A stretch of DNA of 64,000 nt from assembly GCF_009914755.1 (NCBI RefSeq), contig NC_060930.1; one strand, 5' to 3'. Shown here in pieces: positions 34,356 through 44,530 of the stretch. This DNA comes from the human T2T-CHM13v2.0 reference genome, Homo sapiens. Below the pieces are notes generated by a model. It worked only from the letters and a program-made list of their open reading frames with translations. It was not told the origin of the DNA and did not search any database. Numbering within the stretch: the first letter of the stretch is position 1; each line of letters starts with the position of its first letter. The translations under genes were made by a program, and so were the position numbers.

Positions 34356-34940
34356 CTTCTTGGTTTCCTTTGTGTTCTAAGCATTTGGGTTTTCATTACT
34401 TTTAAAATTTAAACAAATTATACTGTTTTGTTTTATTTTTAACTTTATCTCATACAAGTTGGCTATTTGGATTTTTCCTTAGGGGATTTAGGTGGAAAAA
34501 GAAAGTGAAATGATTGTATTCCTCTCTTTTCCACCTGATGAACTCTTCCTTTCATGATTCCAAATTCTCTTCCTCCACATATAAGAGGGAAGAAATAGGA
34601 AAGGCAGGATGAACATCACACTACAACTTTCAGAAGCAGACGTAGAAAAAATTCCACCACAGACATTGCTTTTCAGGAATTGATTTTTTAAATTAAATTA
34701 TTTCTATATTTTTATACCTATTTTGATAATTGAGAGATTGGTAGAAAAACAAGTCAGGTATTTGCTGTAATTGTTTCATGGCATTTAAATATTATGTATT
34801 TTTTCTCCACAATAGTTTAGAAGAAATTAGTTTTGGCTTTGATATGTAAAACTAAAATGAGTCATAGTTTTTCTGATATAACATAACATTTTTAATGAGT
34901 TAATAAATCTCAACTCTTTAACGTCTGGATAAAAAATTTC

Positions 34941-37900
34941 AGACAGTTCAAAATGGCTAACTAGAGGCACCCAGCACTCATCTCCTCCACAGAGAAGGAG
35001 GAAAACAGTAAGTAGATAAACATAGATCGAATACAGCATCGAAGAGAGAACACTGGAATTCAGCAAGGAAGTGACATGGAATATCTGAGGCATGGAAGGA
35101 GAGAGAAACAAGGCAGCTGGCCCAGCTGGGACCTGAGAGGAGCCAAAAGAGGCTCCCCAGTGTGGGGAAAGGGTAAGGGAGAGATCCCTAGAAGTAGACT
35201 CCTGCAGTCCTGAGAACTGAGAATAGTATAGGGAGCTGCCTGGGGTCCTTGCAACACAACTGTTCCAGATGGGAGCTCTTGCTGGGTCTAACACATTCCC
35301 CAGACCCAAGCAGCGTGGTGCTATTTTGAGAGCCCCCACTAGCCTACATCCTGCCCTGGGGCCCAAAAGCCCTGCATCTTCACATTCCTGGAACCCTGCC
35401 AATATTGATAATCCCCCATGACAACCCAGAGCGCTGCAACACGGAGACGCTGGCTGAACCTAATGGTGCTGCTGCGTTCCAAGCCCTCTAGCCCATGCAG
35501 AGTCTTACACCCCGGGGAACAGGCAGTGCAGCACACTGGGGAGGATGCACCCAGGAAGAAGTAAGGCAAAATGTGCACTCCCCAGAGCCTGAAGAACACC
35601 ACTGCCACTGACAGCCAGCCCAGTCACCCCAGCAGAAGGGCCACCATGCACATGTATGTGCCTTCAATGGACCTGGTGACTGGTCCAGGCAGATGTCATC
35701 CAAGGGCCTGAGGACAGGCCAGTCTTACTCACTGCTGCTATCACCCAAGCACAACAGCTGAAGGCTTGGGGACCAACCCACCCTGCCTGCTGCTTCTGCT
35801 ATATGAATGCGTTATCAGGGGGCCTAACAGCAGAGCCAGTCTACCTACCACTGGTGCCTATGCAGGCTGTCTGGGACACTGGGGATTGCCCCGCCTCACA
35901 CACTACAGCCTGTGCACGCGTACACTATTGGGGACCCAAGGACAGGCCTGCCATGCTTGGCATCATGCTTTCCAGTGCTCAGGTGTGCCATCTGCAGTCC
36001 TGGAGATTGACCTGCCCTGCCTGAACCATTGGCATATGCACACAACATCAGTAGGTTTGTCATTGCCAGCTGGGCCTAACGACAGACCCAGCCTACCTGC
36101 CAATCGTGCCAAAGCATGCTCTCTGGGGGCCTTGGAATTGACGCACCTCATTTGCTGCCACCAGTGTCTATGCATGCTTTCCAGAGGCCTGAGGACAGGC
36201 CTGCCCAGCCTGCCAACACCTGTGCAAATAAACTGGGAGCCTGAGAATTGAACAGTCCCACCCACCACAGCCTGCACCCACGTGTAACACCTGGGGCCTG
36301 AGGACAGAACAGTCCTGCCTGGTGCGAGGCCTGTCAGTACTTGCACGTGTCATCTGGGGGCCTAGGGATTGATTACACAGTCTGCCATTACTGATGTCTG
36401 TGCAATTCTCCTGGGGGCTTGAGGATGGGTCCTCCCAGCCTGCCACTACCACAAAGGCTGCCACCCACCAATGTGCAACCACCAGTAGTGCATGAGGGCC
36501 TGAGTATTGGCCTGTCACTGTTACTGTCATTGTCCATACCACACATGCCACCAAGGGGCCTATGGACATGCCCACTTGCTTGACCCACCTCTGCCACTGT
36601 TGGAACCTAAGCAAGCTGCCTGGCTGCCTGCCTGGACTTGCAAATACCAGTAACGGTGTATACACCTGGGGGCCCAAGGATGGGCCCAATTGTCCTGCCA
36701 CCACCATCACCATCAGAGCTCAATAACCTACCCAACTGGTGTCTCCCATCCCAAAATAGCCTCACCATATCCTCCACTAACAATTGCAACCTAAGTCACT
36801 GAGGAAAACTCAAAAATACCACTGATGCTGATTACAGCTGAAGAAATCATACAGAAACTACACACACCCAGAATCAAAGCTAAAGTGCCCTACCCAACCA
36901 ACACCATAGACACATCTATAGGAAAAAGTCTTTCCTTACAAAAGCCAATCCAAAAAATTAAGAAGTGACTGTTACATGACATGTGCACGTATCAATGCAA
37001 GGATGCAAGAAACATGAAAAGGCAAGGAAACATGACACCTCCAAAGGAACATAATAATTCTTCAGCAACAGATTCCAACAAAAAAGAAATCAATTGACTG
37101 AAAACGAATTCAAAATAATGAAATTAAAGAAGCTCGGTGAGATACAAAAGGACATAGATTTAAAAACACAAACAAATCAGAAAAAACAGTTCATGATCTG
37201 AATGAAAAACTCAACAAAGAGATATCATAGAAAAGGACCAACAGAAATCCAAAACTGAATAAGTCAATGAATGAAATAAGAAATACAATGTAGAGCTTCA
37301 AAATCCACTAAGTCAAGCAGAAAAAAGAATTTCTGAACTTGAAGATGCCTTTTGTGATAATCCCATCAGACAAAAAACAAAAAAGAATAAAAAAGAACAA
37401 AGCCTACATAACATATGAGACAAAGAAGTGACCAAATATTCAAATTTTGGGTGTTCCTGAAGGAGAAGAGATGAGTAAAGGCATCAAAGAAACTCCTAGT
37501 TATGATAGATAAATTCAGCAAAGTTATAGGATACAAAACCAACATACACAGATCAGTAGCACTTCTGAACAACAATAATGAAGTAGCTGAGAAAGAAATC
37601 AAGAAGATAATCCTGTTTGCAATATTTAAAAATAAATAAATAAATAAAATACCTATGAATACATTTAACCAAGATGATAAAAGATCTCTAGAAAAAAATC
37701 TGTGAAACACTGATGAAAGAAACTAAAGAGGACACAAACAAATGGACAGACATCCCATGCTCATGGATAAGGAGAACAAACATCGTTAAAATGACCATAT
37801 TACCTAAAGCAATCTACAAATTCAATGCAATCTCTATCAAAATACTAACGTTATTTTTCATGGAAATAGAGAAAAAAACATAAAATTCAAATGGAACAGA

Positions 37901-39848
37901 AAAAGAGCCCAAGTATCCAAAGCAATGCCGAGCAAAAAGAACAAAGCTGAAAGCGTCACACTACCTGACTTCAAATTATATTACAATGCCATAGCAACCA
38001 AACCAGCATGGTAGTGTTATAAACACAGACTCTAGACCAATGAAGCAGAATAGAGATCCAGAAATAAGTCTGCATATTTACAGCCAACTGATTTTTCAAC
38101 AAAGGCACTAAGAATAAACACTGTGGAAAGGACACCCTCTTCAATAAATGGTGCTGAGAAAACTGGAAATCCATATACAGAATAATAAAACTAGATCCCT
38201 ATCACTCACCATATACAGAATAATAATACTAGATCCCTATGACTCACCATATACAAAAATCAACTCAAAAAGGATTAAATACAAATGTAAATCCTGAAAT
38301 TATAAAACTACTACAAGAAGCCATAAGGGAAATGCTGTAGGAGATTGGTCTAGGCAATAATTTTATGACTAAGACTGCAAAAACAAAGACAACAAAGGGA
38401 AAAATAGACAAATGGGATTAGAGCAAACTAAAACACTTATGCACAGCAAAGGAAACAATCAAGAGAGCAAAGACACAAACTGCAGAATGGGAGGAAATAT
38501 TTGCAAACTATTCATCCCACAAGGGACTAATACCCAGAATATACAAGGAACTCAAAAAACTCAACAGTATAATATATATAATAATTGCACTAAAAATTGG
38601 GCAAAGGACATTAACAGACATTTCTTGTCTGTATAAAAGAAAGTCTGTATAAAAACAGACAGACTCATAGACCAATGAAACAAAATAGAGAATCCAGAAA
38701 TATTATTAAGTCCACATATTTATGGCCAACTAATTTCCAACAAAGGTGCCAAGAATAAACATTGGGGAAAAGACATTCTCTTCAATAAATGATGCCGAGA
38801 AAACTGGAAATCCCTATGCATAAGAATGAAACTAGACACCTATCACTCACACAGTTGATCACAAAAATCAACTCAAAAGACTTTCTTTTATATAGACTTT
38901 CTTTCTCAAAAGAAGTCATACAAATGGCTAACAAGTTTATTTAAAAAATGCCCAGCATCATCAATCACCAGAGAAATGCAGATCAAAACCACAATGAGAC
39001 ATCATCTTACCACAGTTAGAATGACTATTATCAAAAAGACAAAAAATAACAAAAGGTGGCCAGGATGCATAGAAGAGGGAAATTTTATACACTCTTGATG
39101 GGAACATAAATATGTATAGTCATTATAGAAAATAGTCTGGAAGTTTCTCAAAAAACTAAAAATATAACTACCATATGATCCAGCAATCTCATTACTGGGT
39201 ATTTATCCAGTAGCAGGAAAGGAAATCAGTAAATCAAAGTGACATCTGCACCCCTATATTTATTATAGCACTATTTACAAGAGGTTGATATGGAATCAAC
39301 CTAAGTGTCTATCAACAGATGAATGGATAAAGAAAATATGGTATGTATATTCAATAAAATACTATTTAGCCATAAAAAATGAAATTTTGTCATTTACAGC
39401 AACATGGATGGCACTAGAGATCATTATGTTAAGTGAAATAAGGCAGGCACAGAAAGACAAATATCACATGTTCTTGATATATGGGAGTTTAAAAAGTTGA
39501 TCTCATGGAAGTAGAAAGGAGAATGATAGTTCCCAGAGGCTGGAAACACAGGGGCAGATGAAGAGAAGTTGGTTATATGTATACAAACATATACTTAGAT
39601 AGAAGGACTAAGTTCTAGTGTTCAATAGCACAGTAGGCTGACTATAGCTATATATTGTATATTTTAAAACAGCTAGAAGAGAATATTTGAAATGTTTCCA
39701 ACACAAAGAAATGATAACTGTTCAAGGTGATGAATATCCTGTGTACCTTTATTTGATCATCACACATGGTATGCATATATCAAAATATCACATATATCCC
39801 ACAAATATGTTCAAATATTATGCATTAATAAAAATGATTTAAAAAAAT
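34941..39848 (+). mobile_element. Internally deleted L1MA/L1M2-type LINE: long GC-rich 5' UTR, ORF1 start, ORF2 3' half, 3' UTR and A-tail
   Basis: 5' end caaaatggctaactagaggcacccagcac; ORF1-like caaggaaacatgacacctccaaaggaac; ORF2-like aaaatgaccatattacctaaagcaatctacaaattcaatgcaatc; 3' end aataaaaatgatttaaaaaaa. All frames disrupted. Confidence 0.9.
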
Positions 39849-42572
39849 TGAAGGGAGCCAAAAAGAAGTCATGTTTTAATGCCAGGATAAGAAAGGCAAT
39901 AATAGAAAAAACAGCATTCTAAAACTGACATAGTTTTCTGATATTGAAGTCTGGATTTTAGGGAAGGTACACAGTTCACTGCAGATTAGGACATTTTGAG
40001 GCTTTATGTTGGTAGGAGCAGGATATTAGTGATAGTACTTACGTTGTATCAACAGTTGTGTACAACCTGAGATGGAGCAGATGGTTTGAGTTTTGAGAAT
40101 ATTAAGCTTGTGGCAGATAAATGGAATTTTTGCTAAAATATTAAATATTGGTTAATAAAATATTTTCAACCAATCCTTCTTTAAATAATTAATCCCATCG
40201 AAACAATCATTACTGGTGCTTCATGCACTTCAGAGAAAATTCATTGTGGAACCACCATGTTAACTTTTCAATTTAATTCACTTCCATGCTGCTGGAGTCC
40301 CATGAGCACTAGATTGAATGCCAGGGGTGGTGGGTCAAGGATTCAGGCAAGTTTGGGCCAATTTGGAGGGTGGAAATAGGGAACCACATATTATTCTATT
40401 TTCACAAAGGCCCAATGAATTCTGTAGGGAAGAAGTCATGGCAAAATAAAGGGCTGCAGTTTTAAGCAGCAGAGATATGGGCGGCCATCATGAGTCCCAG
40501 CAGGGACTTCTAATGGGTTTGGTGTAGAGGACAGCCACTTCCAGTAAGCTGGAACCTAAGGGATAAGGAATAAAATGGTAAACACTGGAAGAACAAGTTC
40601 TCAGAATACGAGTGAAAAATGTGTGTGAGGAGGGGTTCCCAAAACTATAAGAGGACTTTGAGGGGTTTTATTCCAATAGACGCTGTGGGAATATACTTTT
40701 TGGCATCCATTATTGTTACTCTGGTCTTAGCCTGTTGTCACCTGGAAAATGCAGATTACTTTTATATCTCTGGAAAGAATAGTGGCTTGGTCATCAGATG
40801 GCACACTCAAAAGGCACACATAAGTAGGTTTCTTGTCTCTGTCTTTAAAACAATAAGCACTTAAAGTATCATTTGGAGAAAACAGCAGTTACCAGGAAAT
40901 CACTTAGCTGAGATAAAAAAGAAAAGAATCCTCGAATAGCATTTAATCTTCAAAATAAGAATTTTCCATTCTTGGGTCAGACCGATAGATGACATGGCAT
41001 TTAGACATCCAATTCATACCTTTGCTTGCAACTGAGCCTCAGACACACATATATGATGGAAATGTTCTTTGGCATTACACTGCTTTCTTAGTTTGCATCG
41101 CTAGTCACCTTTGTATCATTTGCATCTGATTTGGAAAATATTTTAGAACAACCCAATAACAACTTCGAGATTAAAAAATAAAATTCTACACACTTTACAG
41201 TTCCTTGCTATTACATGAATGTGTAAATTGAATTCCCTCTCAGGAGAAAAAAAACAAAACAAGGGCTGGCTTCCCAAAAATGTTTTCACTGGCTTTAGGG
41301 AACTAAAACACCAGTGTCTGGGTGAGTAATACTTCCTGTAAAATAAAGATAGATCAACACATAATTAAGTCCTGGCTCACATATAATTGTTGTTTTGGAA
41401 ACAGTTTTGAGGATAAATATGGTTATGCTAATGAAACTGCCCATGATTTCCACTAATGATCCAGTTTATTAATTAGGTCAGGACATTTTTCCACCTTGTG
41501 CTATCCATTTTGGAATGCTGAAAAGGGTTAAAAAAAAAAACTTCTAAGAGAACACTGTAGGCGAAGAAAAAGAGAGAAATTTTAAATTAGTTATCAACTC
41601 TTCTAAGGATTCCAGTTGGAGGAGTAGATCGAAAGTGCTTTTTCGATTATTTATGGGTTTCGAAGATTCTTCCTACTCCACTAGGCAGAAAAACAGAGTT
41701 GTAATATACAGCATTTAGAATTCATAATCCTTAGCATTATTTCTCTGAACTCGACATCCTAAATAGCCAGCGTTTACTAATTCCAGAGCTGAGTGTAGTT
41801 TTGTAGGAAGTTCTACTGAATGCGGAGACCAAAGGGGAGCCTGCCTGCTCTGAGGGTTTTGTTGAGGCTGAGTGTGAACTCCGGGCGAGAAAGCGCATCT
41901 CAGCTCTTAGATCACACCCACTCAGGGTGTGCGTGTGTGTGTGCGCGGGTGCCTGCGCGCGTGTGTACGTGTGGGGAGGTGTGCGCCAAAGGGGTGGGGT
42001 GAGGGGCGGCGAGGAGGGCTGTAGGTGAAGCGCGGGGAGAGGGAGGTCGCCCGCTCCGGCCTCTCCCCCAGGGGCCCTGCGGCTGGCCAGCGCTCCGGCT
42101 GCACCTCCTGGTGCGCGCCGCGGCGGCGCCACAGGCCCCTCGACCCTTTGACCACCGCCCTCGGGCCGCGCGTCCGGCAGCCGGGACCGGTGATGGCGCG
42201 GGACTGACGGCCGTCTCCTCCCAGACCCCTCTGTCCCGCCTGGGGCTCGCTGGGGCTGCGGCGCCGCCCCGAGCTGCATGTGGGGCGGGCGCGCCCGAGC
42301 CCAGAGCGAGCGGCCCTCGGCGCCCCCGAGGCGGTGCCCCGCCGCGCCAGAGTACGAGGAGGAGCGGCGGGCCGGGCCAGGCTCCCCACGCGCCGCAGCC
42401 TCGGAGCACGGGCTCCCCGGAGGGGACTTGGGGCGTCCCAGCCCAGGAGGAAGGACCCGGAAGCAGAAGCGGAGCCGCGAGTCGAGCCGAGCCACTGCCC
42501 CCGCTGCCCGCGGGCGCCGGGTGGGGGTCCCGGCGGCTGGATGGGCAGCGGCGGCGCGGGCCGCGGGCGGCG

Positions 42573-43454
42573 ATGGGCGAGGAGCAGAGCACGGTGAGCG
42601 GCGGCGGCGGGCCCCAGGAGTCGCAGACCCTGGCCAGTGGCACTGCGGGCCACCCTGAGCCCCCGAGGCCTCAGGGGGACAGCGCCCGGGCGCCCCCGCT
42701 GCGCGCCGCCTCCGCGGAGCCGAGCGGCGGTGGCTGCGGAAGCGACTGGGGCTGCGCGGACACCAGCGCCCCAGAGCCCGCGAGGAGCCTGGGGCCCCCG
42801 GGCTGGAGTAAGAGCCGAGCACCGGCGCAGCCTGCGGGACTGGCACTCACCGGGCCTCTCAATCCCCAGACCTTGCCACTGCAGTTGGAGCTGGAGGAGG
42901 AAGAGGAGGAAGCTGGGGATCGAAAAGAGGGAGGGGATGAACAGCAGGAGGCGCCCCCCGGCGAAGAGCTGGAGCCCAGGACCCGCGTGGGGGCCGCCGA
43001 CGGACTGGTCCTGGACGTGCTGGGTCAGCGGCGCCCGTCCCTCGCCAAGAGACAAGTCTTCTGCTCCGTGTACTGCGTGGAGAGCGACCTGCCCGAGGCC
43101 CCCGCCTCGGAGCAGCTCTCGCCGCCCGCGTCGCCACCTGGGGCTCCGCCAGTGTTGAACCCTCCCAGCACCCGCTCTTCCTTCCCCAGCCCCCGACTGT
43201 CCCTCCCAACGGATTCCCTCTCCCCCGACGGCGGCAGCATCGAGCTGGAGTTCTACCTGGCGCCCGAGCCGTTCTCCATGCCCAGCCTGTTGGGAGCTCC
43301 ACCCTACTCTGGCCTGGGCGGTGTAGGGGATCCCTATGTGCCCCTCATGGTGCTGATGTGCCGGGTGTGCCTGGAAGACAAGCCCATCAAGCCCCTGCCT
43401 TGCTGCAAGAAGGCCGTGTGCGAGGAGTGCCTCAAAGTCTACCTGAGCGCCCAG
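42573..43454 (+). CDS. RNF217: RNF217 coding exon 1: disordered Pro/Gly/Glu-rich N-terminus plus most of RING1 of an RBR E3 ligase
   Basis: ATG in strong context (gcggcgATGG). Translation MGEEQSTVSGGGGPQESQ...MCRVCLEDKPIKPLPCCKKAVCEECLKVYLSAQ matches RNF217 as I recall it. Ends at donor CAG|GTAACT; 882 nt, phase 0; inside a CpG island. Confidence 0.95.
42851..43100 (-). ncRNA. RNF217-AS1: Probable first exon of antisense lncRNA RNF217-AS1 (STL); upstream boundary is a guess
   Basis: Minus-strand donor CCG|GTGAGT at 42851/42850 is seen directly. That an antisense transcript shares this first-exon region is recalled knowledge; its TSS cannot be read from sequence. Confidence 0.45.
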
Positions 43455-44289
43455 GTAACTTCACCCCCTTCTCTTCCCCATTTATCATTCCAAATCACTG
43501 GCGAGGAGGTCCTGCTCTCGATCTGATCTCCCTGCTCGCGCGAAGAGGTGACCGACACACTTACTGAGGATCTCTGTTAGTTTCTCACGTCTCAGTTGTT
43601 ATTTAAGTGTATTATGACCTCACTGGTTTACTTAACTGGAATTTAACTTTGCTGTGAACTTCAGGCTATGGTTGGCATGTGTAGAAGGCACAAGATACAA
43701 GTTGTTGCCCTCCTCTTATTTCTTATACAGGATTGCAAGCACAAGCTTGCTCAAAGGAGGAGAGGAAGAGACTGCCTCATCGGCCTGGTATCCCAGAAAC
43801 TAACAAGCAGTGGGCATAGAATAAATATTTATGGAGCTGGTGGAGAAAAGAATTGGAATAAATATTTCAGACCCATAATACATGAATTTGTAATTTTGCT
43901 TCATTTGTATATTCCAGGAAAGAGTGAATGTTTAAAAAAATGTATCCCTTGGCCTTTGCCTACTTTTCAGTTTCCTTTTTCCACAGTAAAGTTGAAGTAC
44001 TTTTCTTTCACTGAGGTTTTAAGCCAGCACTCTTTAAGAGGGAAGCAAAACAGAAAGAGCAAAACAAAGCAAAGAGAGGCTAAGAGGTTTCTCAGAACAA
44101 GCACTGGTGAAACTTTCCTCCTCTGCTTTTATTTGAAAACTTGGTTTTTTTTCTTGGAAAGCTTGAGAGTGCACCAGACCAGCTTTCCTTCACTGACGGT
44201 GAATGCGTTCTTCCAGCAGTTTTCAATCTGTGATGTTTCTGCCAGTGTTTTGCACAATCCTGGATGCCCTTTGATCCTGTGTCCAATTG

Positions 44290-44530
44290 TCCTAGGCCTA
44301 TTCATCTTTCAAAACCCTGTGTGTTCAGGTGCCAACTCTTCTGTGAAGCGTTGCCTCACCCTCCAAGTCACTGCTTATATACTTTCACAGTATCTTATAT
44401 TATCTTACATGCACTGAAGTTGTTTCTTTCGTGTCTGCTTGTCTTGTTAGACTGTCTGGACAATGTCTTAGAGTCCCATATGTGGTAGCTTCATGTTGAG
44501 TCCCTTGCCCATCATAGTGTTTTTAATAAC
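44290..44530 (+). mobile_element. L2-like remnant
   Basis: cctattcatctttcaaaaccc...ctcttctgtgaagc...ttagactg. Confidence 0.45.

Larger units (their letters stand above)
41870..43560. promoter_or_regulatory. CpG island / probable bidirectional promoter of RNF217 and RNF217-AS1
   Basis: Abrupt switch from AT-rich, CpG-poor DNA to very GC- and CpG-rich DNA; GC box GGGGCGG at 42003-42009; GGGGTGGGG boxes at 41991-41999; no obvious TATA box. Confidence 0.9.

Noticed and set aside
34827-36789. ORFs of 191, 181, 161 and 127 aa
   Set aside because: Lie in the GC-rich repetitive L1 5' UTR; no domain signature.
42629-42646. Possible iron-responsive element around CAGTGG
   Set aside because: Flanks do not form the 5-bp upper stem, the sixth loop base is G, and it lies inside the CDS.
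41737-43302. Long minus-strand and alternative-frame ORFs (377, 369, 243, 173, 147 aa) across the CpG island
   Set aside because: Stop codons are rare in very GC-rich DNA; products are Arg/Pro/Gly/Ala low complexity with no domain, and some start at TTG/GTG.
42111-43526. 471-aa ORF as a complete protein
   Set aside because: It is RNF217 exon 1 plus untranslated leader and intron read-through; the supported CDS part is 42573-43454.
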